Positions 48,588-56,898 of a DNA stretch of 64,000 nt are shown here, one piece after another. Position 1 is the stretch's first letter; each line of letters begins with the position of its first letter. The DNA is from a virus. Position numbers and translations under genes: made by a program. The notes below the pieces were generated by a model. That model worked only from the letters and a program-made list of their open reading frames with translations, was not told where the DNA came from and ran no database searches. The DNA lies in IMG/VR virus record IMGVR_UViG_3300037882_002282, positions 5,834 to 69,833 of that record; one strand, 5' to 3'.

Positions 48588-49618
48588 ACAGTAAACTTCG
48601 TATTAGTTCCAGTGATATTTACATTACCATCCTGTACAACCACCTTAGCACTACCGACGACAGTTTGCTTAAAGGCTGATTGTAGGAACAGGTCTTTAGA
48701 ATCTATGATTTTGTATTTTGCGTTATATTCTTCTGTGTTAACTTCTACTCTAATCCAATCTCCATTAGTTAATGTAAAGGTTGCCCCAACAATCGGGGTG
48801 TTCTCAATTTCAAATGGGACTCTGGTACCAGTATCAAAGTATACTTCATACTTTTTTAATTCTGCGTGGAACGACTTATATCCTTCAACTAAATCTGTTC
48901 TCTCTAATATGTATGAGTAGTACTTATCATTCTTGCCTACCTGTTCGGGAATACCCTCAAACAAGCTATAGTAGCCTAAGCCATTAGCACCAGCACAAAT
49001 AGCAGCCATTGCTGAAGCAGTATTATATTGTAGAGGTACATAATCGTCCAGCATCCATTCCCGACGATTAGCTTTGACTCCAAATTCCAACGGAGTCATT
49101 TTAATCAGTGCAGGACCGTGAAGTAGAATACCTTTACATTGTTTCCTAGCTTCTAGCATAGCGGTCCATGACCACTTTTTAAGACCTTCTCTATAATGAT
49201 AGTTTTGAACATGATACATTTCTGCTAGATTAGCAAATACAGCGTGGTCAGCCCCTTTACCAACTGTAATATATGTTTTGATGCCTGGTTTAATGTGTGG
49301 TTTGAGAGTAGCTAATCTTTCTAAAGTCTTTTGTAATCCATTGAGGTTAGCGTCATCCATACAATCCCACGCAATAACATTAGTGTTTGCGTTTAAAATA
49401 GTATTTATCTTAGCATAGTCCCAAGTGTTTGGGGTGATAATAACATTTAATCCAGCGGCTTTACAAGCTGGAACAAATGCATCATCAATTGCTGGATTGG
49501 TAAAATCTGCAAGCATAACCACACCATTTAAACCAAAGTTTTTCATGGCGTTGATAGAATCGAAGCGGAGCTTTTGTGCTACATCATCGAATCCTTGAAA
49601 ATATGAAAATATTAGCAT
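48584..49618 (-). CDS. Glycoside hydrolase-like TIM-barrel protein
   Basis: K..G.N.V...AAGL.VI...VIAW...DD; A...GA.GL.YY pattern. Confidence 0.5.
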   Translation of the reverse strand: MLIFSYFQGFDDVAQKLRFDSINAMKNFGLNGVVMLADFTNPAIDDAFVPACKAAGLNVIITPNTWDYAKINTILNANTNVIAWDCMDDANLNGLQKTLERLATLKPHIKPGIKTYITVGKGADHAVFANLAEMYHVQNYHYREGLKKWSWTAMLEARKQCKGILLHGPALIKMTPLEFGVKANRREWMLDDYVPLQYNTASAMAAICAGANGLGYYSLFEGIPEQVGKNDKYYSYILERTDLVEGYKSFHAELKKYEVYFDTGTRVPFEIENTPIVGATFTLTNGDWIRVEVNTEEYNAKYKIIDSKDLFLQSAFKQTVVGSAKVVVQDGNVNITGTNTKFTV

Positions 49619-49881
49619 TAAGTTCTCCCGCAACATTTTTTAACAGGTGGAGTCTGAGGTTGATCGCTCAATATCTCAAACATATTAGAAGGCACGGCGT
49701 AAGCGGCTGCTGTATCAGAAAAGTATAGATCGGATACTTCGCCCCGATTTACAAGATCAGTAACAGCAACAACTTCGCCCAGATGATAAGTTTTATCTTC
49801 TGTTACATCAACTAAATTACCGTCCACAACTTGTGTGTCATGAACGGTAATAAGTGTTTCTTCTCTAAATTGGATTCTCAT
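49618..49881 (-). CDS. Hypothetical small beta protein ending KKCCGRT
   Basis: Coupled ORF. Confidence 0.5.
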   Translation of the reverse strand: MRIQFREETLITVHDTQVVDGNLVDVTEDKTYHLGEVVAVTDLVNRGEVSDLYFSDTAAAYAVPSNMFEILSDQPQTPPVKKCCGRT

Positions 49882-50231
49882 TATTCTACGCTAGCCCACA
49901 CGTCCTCGATATCACCATCGTCAGCATCTAAGGCAGCAGAAATTAGAGCTTCCTCTACTCTATCTCCCCTATGCCTAAATTCTTGACGGCCCATTGCATC
50001 CTTCAAATGACGCCTTAAAGCTAAACGCTGCCCAAACTTAGGGCTAGCGGCAATATTCTTAACCGAAGCTGAAGATGTGCCTCTACACTCTTGAATCTTT
50101 TTAATGAGTTCTAAGATCAATTCAGCAAAAGCAAAGAATGTTGTGGGATCAAGTGCTTCTTGTTTTTCACTATCGCTAGAAGCGTAATGATCTACGAATT
50201 TGCCAGTTAAGTTTTCTAGTGCCTTGTCCAT
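49881..50231 (-). CDS. Hypothetical protein
   Basis: Coupled ORF (DPTTF...LI..IQEC). Confidence 0.55.
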   Translation of the reverse strand: MDKALENLTGKFVDHYASSDSEKQEALDPTTFFAFAELILELIKKIQECRGTSSASVKNIAASPKFGQRLALRRHLKDAMGRQEFRHRGDRVEEALISAALDADDGDIEDVWASVE

Positions 50232-50599
50232 TAGTAACCCCCTTGTAGTTGTTGAGCGTTGTTATCATAGTTATAGTCAGCCATATTCAAGTTTTGAACA
50301 CGTTCACGAAGATTTCTGTTCTTAACTTTTTGGCGTTGAACAACTTGTTTTGAACGAATTTTTTGTTTAACGTTTTGTTGCTGCACTTGAGCATACTGAA
50401 CATTTTGCTGTAAATTAAAATTCTGGTTATAACTATTTTGGTGTTGAGCCAAAACAGGAATAGGTAAATATGCGGTCAGTTGTTGTCCAGCACTATAAAG
50501 CTGTTGGACTTGCTTAACCTGCTTAATATTGTTACGACAACCAGTTCCGTAAGCAAAACTAGGTACTAGTAAAAGAGTTAGAACGATTAGAATTTTCAT
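50231..50599 (-). CDS. Secreted Gln-rich protein
   Basis: Signal peptide MKILIVLTLLLVPSFAYG; Q/N-rich low complexity. Confidence 0.6.
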   Translation of the reverse strand: MKILIVLTLLLVPSFAYGTGCRNNIKQVKQVQQLYSAGQQLTAYLPIPVLAQHQNSYNQNFNLQQNVQYAQVQQQNVKQKIRSKQVVQRQKVKNRNLRERVQNLNMADYNYDNNAQQLQGGY

Positions 50600-51274
50600 T
50601 TATGAGCCCCATTTAAGTTTGTTATATTCCTTGATGTAATCCACGTCTCCCTTAGTCGGTGGAGGTTGAGTTTCTGGGCGTTTTGGCATATCACCAGATT
50701 CCATTTGGTCATGAATTTTCCTCATAGCCAACTCATCTTCCCATACGACGACATTTTCACCATCGAAAATTTGGAATCCGCCACTTTTTCTGTCTTGGTT
50801 ATGACATTTCTTACAATTATATTTTGTAGAAAGTAATTCTTTAATATGGGTCCGATGGGCTAAAAGTTTTGCTTCTAGCTGTTCATCTGGACCACCTAAA
50901 TCCCCGCCACCATCTGATTTACCTCCGTCCCCGCCACCAGTTTTGCCTTCTAGCTTGTCGAGCAAATCAGATAAAGCCCCTTCTAGATTGGCAATTCGTT
51001 CATCTTGTTCGTCGATTCTGGCTTCCAGAGCCTTAATTTTGGCCTGATCGCCTACAGAGTAATAGTATCCCAAACCCAAAGAATCTACAGGCAATCCAAC
51101 ATAATATGGATTATAGGGGTTATACTCTACAAATCGTTTTTCTATTTTGGCGAAATTTTGTTGGGGTGCAGCTATAAATTGTTGTTTTTGGACCACACGT
51201 TTAGGGGGTGTTGCAAAAATAGCCCCACTAAACATCATAACAACAATGAGTCCGCCTACTAATTTGCTTTTCAT
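50600..51274 (-). CDS. Exported protein with C-terminal planctomycete-type cytochrome c domain
   Basis: Signal peptide, coiled coil, Gly linker, CKKCH...SGG...G.MPK (distal Met). Confidence 0.72.
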   Translation of the reverse strand: MKSKLVGGLIVVMMFSGAIFATPPKRVVQKQQFIAAPQQNFAKIEKRFVEYNPYNPYYVGLPVDSLGLGYYYSVGDQAKIKALEARIDEQDERIANLEGALSDLLDKLEGKTGGGDGGKSDGGGDLGGPDEQLEAKLLAHRTHIKELLSTKYNCKKCHNQDRKSGGFQIFDGENVVVWEDELAMRKIHDQMESGDMPKRPETQPPPTKGDVDYIKEYNKLKWGS

Positions 51275-51305
51275 TAAATGTCCTCACATAAGTCCCCACC
51301 ATAAT

Positions 51306-51313
51306 TATACACC
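51306..51313 (-). promoter_or_regulatory. GGTGTATA promoter-like motif
   Basis: Upstream of the cytochrome gene. Confidence 0.65.
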
Positions 51314-51317
51314 AATT

Positions 51318-53051
51318 TTAGTAAGCGGCTGCTATCACGTCGCTCTTGAGGACATACCCCTTTTTACCATCTGCAACAACTTCAATCCAATAATTTCTAA
51401 CATTACTGTCTTTAGGTTCGCCCGAGAACTGTAATCTTTGCCCCTTCTTTAGTTTACCTATTGTATTATTTCCGCTCTTTAGATCAGTAGATTCAGCAAC
51501 TACTTCTAGTAATACAACCCCACCGTTTCTAATGTGGTTTGGAATATCGTCAAATTCGATTATTGTTGGTTTATAATCTTCTGTATCTGGATTAGTTGTT
51601 ACTTTTTCTACCAGTTCAGTAATTGGTTTATTGGCGGCTAATTCAGGATCAGGTTCAGGCTTCGGGGCGGTATCTACGCCAACTTCGGGCGAGGGAAGGT
51701 TATGAATATATAATTGAGCTTGTTGGTATTCTCCGTTTTTTACCTGTTCCCATACTTCGCGGGGGATAGTACCACCATTAGCCATTTTTGCTAATCTAGC
51801 ACTAGGAGCCCTTTTCAATTTTTCTTTAAGAATATCTACTGGAACACCACATTCAATAGATGCTTGATCTGGAGTAATGTTTCTATTATAGAACGAAATA
51901 ATTTTTTGTAGGCTCTCTAAGTTTTCCTTAGGAGTTCGCCCATTAACTTCTTTCATTACTCTTTTGTAAGCTAATTCGTCCTCTTCTACATAAGAATTAA
52001 TTTCACTAAGATAGAATCTTTGACGATATAAACTATCCTTATCTAATCCAGACAAATTAAGTTCTACATTAGTAGCCAGAACTTGTTTGATTTGATCGTT
52101 AATTTTATTAATTCCGTTTTCATGGCAACGAACGCAGGACCAAGCTGTACGTACCCTAAAATCATTAGGGTCTTGTACATCTCTAACTAGACCAGGATCA
52201 CCAAATTCTACAACCTCATTATTACCATTAACCAGCAAATAAACCTGTAGCCCCGCAAAGTTTGTACAGATAATTTCGCCCGCACTTCTTTTACTTTCTG
52301 TAGCTTTTAAGTCTTCTACATAATCGAAGTTTGGATCATCAAAAGTTTCCCAATAATAACCAATCTCTGTTCTTGCACGCGAGAGTAATCTATGGTGTCT
52401 AGATACTTCTGAATCGTTTGTGTCTACTACGCCACCACGCTCTAGTTGGAATTTACGGATTTTCGCAATGTCCACCCCCCAGAAATTACGGAATTCGTCG
52501 AGGTTCTTAAGTTTCTTGCCATAGAGCAAGTTATAGTACATTAACTCTTTGACGCCCAGATCAAGTTGACTCTGGGCATCTAGACCGTATTTGATAAACC
52601 AATCCGCCCTGACGAGAGAGTTACCAGACTGGTACCTAATTTTTTCGTATACTTCTTCAGGAATAAATGGCAAACGAATATATGGTTCAGCATCATTCGT
52701 AGACCGTTCCCAAGCGTCTTGGGTCCAGTTATAGTTACGAATATCTACCCTGTAGAGAGTGTCTGTAACTTTGTCTGGTTGTTTAATAATCAAACCAGAG
52801 CTAAGCGAATTGACAACAAAGGATAGGTCTTTACCGATATTTTTATTTAGATCGGGCGGTAAAGTATAAGAAGTAAAATATTTTAAGAAGGGTCTTTGTC
52901 CTGGTGGGAAGCGTTGTAAATCTGTTAATACAGCTTCCAACTCCGCATCTAGCGTAGGAACAATTTCAACTTCCTCTACAACCGTTTCTGTTTCCTGAGC
53001 ATTACCCAATTGGGGCAATGCTATAACCAGGAATATCATACAACTTACCAT
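51318..53051 (-). CDS. Exported CxxCH protein with C-terminal SH3-like domain
   Basis: Signal-like MVSCMIFLVIALPQLGNA; RADWF, SRHHR, YYWETFD, GEII...GLQ.Y.L, SCVRCH; SH3b-like ending W.EV..DGKKGYV. Start uncertain. Confidence 0.65.
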   Translation of the reverse strand: MVSCMIFLVIALPQLGNAQETETVVEEVEIVPTLDAELEAVLTDLQRFPPGQRPFLKYFTSYTLPPDLNKNIGKDLSFVVNSLSSGLIIKQPDKVTDTLYRVDIRNYNWTQDAWERSTNDAEPYIRLPFIPEEVYEKIRYQSGNSLVRADWFIKYGLDAQSQLDLGVKELMYYNLLYGKKLKNLDEFRNFWGVDIAKIRKFQLERGGVVDTNDSEVSRHHRLLSRARTEIGYYWETFDDPNFDYVEDLKATESKRSAGEIICTNFAGLQVYLLVNGNNEVVEFGDPGLVRDVQDPNDFRVRTAWSCVRCHENGINKINDQIKQVLATNVELNLSGLDKDSLYRQRFYLSEINSYVEEDELAYKRVMKEVNGRTPKENLESLQKIISFYNRNITPDQASIECGVPVDILKEKLKRAPSARLAKMANGGTIPREVWEQVKNGEYQQAQLYIHNLPSPEVGVDTAPKPEPDPELAANKPITELVEKVTTNPDTEDYKPTIIEFDDIPNHIRNGGVVLLEVVAESTDLKSGNNTIGKLKKGQRLQFSGEPKDSNVRNYWIEVVADGKKGYVLKSDVIAAAY

Positions 53052-53886
53052 CAACAAAGATGATAGTTGTTTTAGTTGTACCAGTCGGAGGATTTGGAGT
53101 CGGAGTTGGATCGACTGGTGGAACTGGATTAACTGCTTTACCATAAAGAGCGATAATTCTGTTGATATCTCCAGCTTGGGGCTTAGCGACACCTGGAGCA
53201 TAATAAGGTGCCATTAGGTCGCCAGATTTTCTAGAATGGTCTAATCCTAAGTTGTGTCCAATTTCGTGAGCGAGTACATTTACTCTCTGTACACCCCTTA
53301 AATTAGAAAGTGTAACCCACGTTTCATCATCATCACTTACATTACCTAATTGACTATCAGAACCGTTGGGCAGATAAGCATAAGCTAATGTTCCAGAAGG
53401 ACCATCAAACCCGCCCGCTCTACCCCGACCGATACTAAATACAATATCAGCCGATGAACTATTTGTTCTAGTAAACTTTAAATCAGCTACTTCAGCCCAA
53501 TAAGAAAAAGCAAGGGCGATTTGTTGTGAGTCAAGTTCGTCGTTTCTCGCCCCATTTAATCTAGATACATTTTGTTTAATGTAGTAGGTTAAATTTTTCT
53601 TCCGCCACTTACCTTCTTCTACTCTATTGGCTAGGATATCAGGATGACCACATCTAGGTGTAGTCAACATCGCCCTAACAGTTAATCTGTCCAATCCTTC
53701 TTCAGAATTGATATGGAAAAATTCTCTAAATTGTTCAACAGCTTTAAAGAAATCCGAAACTGTGAACTTATCAGTCTTAATTAGATAGCCATAGTATTTT
53801 AGATATTCTATAGCTTTAAAAATATCCGCGATAGTAAGGTCACTATTTTTTAGCTCAGCTAAAATTCTTGGAATAATTGATGCCAT
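53002..53886 (-). CDS. Matrixin (M10/MMP-like) zinc metalloprotease with PG-binding-like prodomain
   Basis: A..YL..YGYL...A...F..F; cysteine switch PRCGHPD; FDGPSGTLAYA; HEIGHNLGLDH; Met-turn LMAP. Confidence 0.9.
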   Translation of the reverse strand: MASIIPRILAELKNSDLTIADIFKAIEYLKYYGYLIKTDKFTVSDFFKAVEQFREFFHINSEEGLDRLTVRAMLTTPRCGHPDILANRVEEGKWRKKNLTYYIKQNVSRLNGARNDELDSQQIALAFSYWAEVADLKFTRTNSSSADIVFSIGRGRAGGFDGPSGTLAYAYLPNGSDSQLGNVSDDDETWVTLSNLRGVQRVNVLAHEIGHNLGLDHSRKSGDLMAPYYAPGVAKPQAGDINRIIALYGKAVNPVPPVDPTPTPNPPTGTTKTTIIFVDGKLYDIPGYSIAPIG

Positions 53887-53932
53887 TAGTGCCCCCCTGT
53901 CGCTTTTTAAATCATAAATTCTCCTATAGTAT

Positions 53933-53940
53933 TATACACC
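53933..53940 (-). promoter_or_regulatory. GGTGTATA promoter-like motif
   Basis: Upstream of the matrixin gene. Confidence 0.65.
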
Positions 53941-53952
53941 GTCTGCGACAGC

Positions 53953-54189
53953 TTAAAATTTTACCGCTGGATGCTCAACTTTATTCTGCCAACGCAAAAC
54001 TACAGTTGTTTGCCCAGCTTTTGGAAATGGAACACAGTGAACTTGCCCAAAAATATCTACTACTCTATGGGTAGTATCACCCACAAATAATGTTTTAGGG
54101 CTTTGCACTCTATATACTCTATCTCCTAGGTCATACTCACGCCACTCTTCACAAGTAATGTCGTGTTCAGCTTTAATACTCATAATCAT
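53953..54189 (-). CDS. Conserved small phage protein
   Basis: DIT.E.WREY......YR...P..L......HRVVD..G..HCVP. Confidence 0.6.
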   Translation of the reverse strand: MIMSIKAEHDITCEEWREYDLGDRVYRVQSPKTLFVGDTTHRVVDIFGQVHCVPFPKAGQTTVVLRWQNKVEHPAVKF

Positions 54190-54223
54190 CCTCTCATGTC
54201 AAAGAATTTGGTCCAGGGCATAT

Positions 54224-54421
54224 TTAGTCTTTCTTACCTAACTCTAAAGCTGTAAGTAAAATATTACCAATGCTACCGACAGCAAGAAAACATCCAGCCA
54301 GAATAATTAAACCAGCTTTTTCTGTTTTAAAAGCTTGGTCAGCAGTTCCCCAAGCTGATGCCATAAAAATGTATAATACTGAGCATACTATTTGGAATTG
54401 TCTTAGAGCGTGATATTTCAT
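54224..54421 (-). CDS. Two-TM membrane protein
   Basis: Two hydrophobic segments. Confidence 0.5.
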   Translation of the reverse strand: MKYHALRQFQIVCSVLYIFMASAWGTADQAFKTEKAGLIILAGCFLAVGSIGNILLTALELGKKD

Positions 54422-54448
54422 AAGTCTTTATATCCTGTCTTTCTATAT

Positions 54449-54456
54449 TATACACC
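54449..54456 (-). promoter_or_regulatory. GGTGTATA promoter-like motif
   Basis: Upstream of the membrane protein gene. Confidence 0.6.
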
Positions 54457-54467
54457 ATTATCTAAAG

Positions 54468-54539
54468 TGGCGACTACTGGAGTTGAACCAGTTTTTGCAC
54501 GTAATGAGCGTGCTTAGATTACCGAACCTTCCAGTCGCG
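54468..54539 (-). tRNA. tRNA with CAT anticodon (Met/fMet/Ile2 unresolved)
   Basis: Acceptor CGCGACT/AGTCGCC; anticodon arm GCACG-CTCATTA-CGTGC; T arm ACTGG-TTCAACT-CCAGT. Confidence 0.75.
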
Positions 54540-54608
54540 TTAAATATGTGGTCTACCTACGTTTCCACTTTTGCAAAGTTTTCGTTTCCAAAGTATAACC
54601 ACACAGAA

Positions 54609-54681
54609 GTGCCAGGGGGGATTACGAGTCCACCATCTTCACCCTAATCAGGGGTGCCGTTCTCGTCTTAAACTACCTGAC
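54609..54681 (-). tRNA. Degenerate tRNA-Ile(GAT)-like gene
   Basis: GTCAGG/CCTGGC acceptor; CACCC-CTGATTA-GGGTG anticodon arm; aberrant T arm. Confidence 0.5.
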
Positions 54682-54693
54682 GTGTGGGGGATT

Positions 54694-54771
54694 AAACGTG
54701 TGATCGCTTAAGAGCCCCGTGCAGGGCCTACCCCGAACATAGGTTCGGATCAGTCCTACGTTTGGGGGACT
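54694..54771 (-). ncRNA. Candidate structured RNA between tRNAs
   Basis: Stems AGTCC/GGACT, AAACGT/ACGTTT, GATC/GATC, CGAAC/GTTCG, CCC/GGG. Confidence 0.4.
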
Positions 54772-54819
54772 ACCAATAATAGAAAAAATGCTAGCACTCC
54801 TATTACCAGTTGTCCCGAG

Positions 54820-54892
54820 AGCCACGAACAGGCATCGAACCCGCAACCCGCTGCTTACAGGGCAGCCGCTCTACCAGTTGAGCTACCGTGGC
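54820..54892 (-). tRNA. tRNA-Thr(TGT)
   Basis: GCCACGG/TCGTGGC; GCTC-AACTGGTA-GAGC; GCTGC-CCTGTAA-GCAGC; GCGGG-TTCGATG-CCTGT; no encoded CCA. Confidence 0.88.
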
Positions 54893-54900
54893 ATATTATT

Positions 54901-54908
54901 TATACACC
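54901..54908 (-). promoter_or_regulatory. GGTGTATA promoter-like motif
   Basis: 8 nt upstream of the tRNA-Thr 5' end. Confidence 0.7.
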
Positions 54909-54924
54909 ACTCAATACGAAAATT

Positions 54925-55566
54925 CTAGCTAGAAATGATCGGTGTGCAAAAATAATTTAGTAGGGGGGTACGGGCTAAGTCATTAGGGTCTGTACCCTTA
55001 TCTGACCGATTGCGGACAGGATCATAAAACTGTTCTCTCACACATTTAGATACAGAATCACTACAGAAGTATTTATTATATATGAACTTAGGTTTATCTT
55101 CAAAATAAGAAGTATCGTCCCTGTAGTACCATCTTAAGAACGCTAGATGTATTGTTGATAGGCGGATAATACCTTTCCAGTCATATTCCGCCCCAGCTAA
55201 TTCCCTCATACACTCTGCTACTTTAACTCCATCATATTTGTAGGTGATTTTTTCCTCCATAAATACACCATCTTTTTCTACTAATGATGGTACAGTAATA
55301 CTATCTAGAGGGCGATAAATATCAATTTGTCCATTATATACTTTAAGAGCCCTATCAAAACTTACAATCCGCCCCCCAACACCTTCTCTTAATTCAATTA
55401 GTTCTAGATAATCACCATGCCTACCAATACAACCAACGTGAGAATGAGCACCAGCCCCAGCCTTTTTTAAAAGCCAAGAAAAGAAAGTGGTTCCCCTAAA
55501 AAGGGCAATATCACCATTTCTTAGAAGTGGGCGAATTTCTTTGTAGGGAACTTCGTTGAGTTGCAT
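54925..55566 (-). CDS. Permuted papain-like amidase (YiiX/YebB, NlpC/P60 superfamily)
   Basis: L..GDI.LF, HSHVG, YD, YFCS..V, P.DL. Confidence 0.8.
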   Translation of the reverse strand: MQLNEVPYKEIRPLLRNGDIALFRGTTFFSWLLKKAGAGAHSHVGCIGRHGDYLELIELREGVGGRIVSFDRALKVYNGQIDIYRPLDSITVPSLVEKDGVFMEEKITYKYDGVKVAECMRELAGAEYDWKGIIRLSTIHLAFLRWYYRDDTSYFEDKPKFIYNKYFCSDSVSKCVREQFYDPVRNRSDKGTDPNDLARTPLLNYFCTPIISS

Positions 55567-55592
55567 TCATACTTAGCTCCCGCAAAGGGAAT

Positions 55593-55618
55593 AAAAAAGG
55601 GGCGTCCGAAGACGCCCC
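55593..55618 (-). terminator. Rho-independent terminator
   Basis: GGGGCGTC-TTCG-GACGCCCC-TTTTTT. Confidence 0.9.
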
Positions 55619-55666
55619 ACTACAGGTTTGACCCTAGTTCGCGTTAGGGTCTGTTCCGACCTGTGA

Positions 55667-56191
55667 TTAACCGTTCTTCTTAGTAAGGTAATCCTTGTTT
55701 TCAACAGCAAATTTCGGTCCCTTAATTTGATATTCACCTTGCACACTACGGCTTACAGAACCTTCAGCATCAGCACTAAACACAACATCTTGATTACCAC
55801 GAGTACTGATAAATACACCAGAATATGCGTGCCAGTTACCGTTTCTAATACCTGAGGTAGTAAGGTCTTGCTTAAATGTAATATCGAAGTTGTTAAAATG
55901 TTTGCGACTACCAACATCAGCAGCAGGATTACTAAAGGAAGTGTTAGCAACACCACCGATTGTATCATTATATGCTGTAATTGGTCGATCAGTTGCACCC
56001 ATTTCATAAGCGAAGGTACCAGCGGATACAGATTTATTTGTATATCCAAGGTCCACAGGAACAACACGAGGTACAGCAGCCACATAACCAGCAGCTACGT
56101 TATTGACTTGGCTGGTCGATTTAGTGTTGCCACGAAATACAACACCACCGTCATTTCTAATAGTCGAACCAACAATTGTAGAAGTAGCCAT
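55667..56191 (-). CDS. Putative virion structural protein (monocistronic)
   Basis: G/S/T/A/V-rich; own promoter motif and strong terminator. Confidence 0.5.
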   Translation of the reverse strand: MATSTIVGSTIRNDGGVVFRGNTKSTSQVNNVAAGYVAAVPRVVPVDLGYTNKSVSAGTFAYEMGATDRPITAYNDTIGGVANTSFSNPAADVGSRKHFNNFDITFKQDLTTSGIRNGNWHAYSGVFISTRGNQDVVFSADAEGSVSRSVQGEYQIKGPKFAVENKDYLTKKNG

Positions 56192-56228
56192 TTGAGCCCC
56201 TTTTTAAGTTTAAGTTAACTACTATTAT

Positions 56229-56236
56229 TATACACC
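56229..56236 (-). promoter_or_regulatory. GGTGTATA promoter-like motif
   Basis: Upstream of 55667..56191. Confidence 0.65.
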
Positions 56237-56244
56237 AAAGTTTT

Positions 56245-56898
56245 TTACTTTTTAGCTGCTACCCGCAAAATTTTTGGAATAAAATCTGGCTGTCTAAGTC
56301 TCAGCCCATCGATCCCGCTCTTTTCAAGGAATTCAAGCTCTGTATTACTAACAACGTTTGTATCAATAATAGCTTTCATAGTACCCCTTTGAGCAATACT
56401 TTTAGCTACAATAATACTATCTTCTAGGTTGTCATTGATATTTCCAGTTTCGGTAATTATCGTGTGGATACCTTGAAGTTTCAGGGTTTGTAATATAATA
56501 TCGAGTTGTTTTCGATCAATAAGCTTGTATTCAAGGATTGCTCGGGGCTCAATGCCTCTACTGTAACAAAATTTAACAAATTGCTCAATTTCTGAGTTGA
56601 GCCTGTTCCATTGTTTGTTTACAACGAACGAATTGTTTATTACTAGGTCAGCAATACTTATATTACGTTTGCAAGCCTCGGCAAGCTGTTGGAGCTTGAC
56701 TTGTGTGATATTAAGTCCGAATGGATAATCGATGGGGCAAGCTAAAGCAATATTGTGCCCAATAAGTTCTATAACTGTGTCTAAATACGGATAACAAACA
56801 CTTAGAACGTCGAAATCATATTCTGTTGCGGCGAACGCAGCTTTCTGAATATCAGATTTTTTCGCTGCCCTATAATGACAGTTCAGTTCTAGTTGCAT
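56245..56898 (-). CDS. DeoC (deoxyribose-phosphate aldolase)-like protein, apparently lacking the catalytic Lys
   Basis: IDYPFG, DLVIN, RAILE, IITETG (canonical VKTSTG). Confidence 0.7.
   Translation of the reverse strand: MQLELNCHYRAAKKSDIQKAAFAATEYDFDVLSVCYPYLDTVIELIGHNIALACPIDYPFGLNITQVKLQQLAEACKRNISIADLVINNSFVVNKQWNRLNSEIEQFVKFCYSRGIEPRAILEYKLIDRKQLDIILQTLKLQGIHTIITETGNINDNLEDSIIVAKSIAQRGTMKAIIDTNVVSNTELEFLEKSGIDGLRLRQPDFIPKILRVAAKK

Noticed and set aside
54820-54892. tRNA-Tyr(GTA) or suppressor reading
   Set aside because: The 5-bp stem centres TGT in a 7-nt loop, the variable arm is short, and the GCC acceptor start fits Thr
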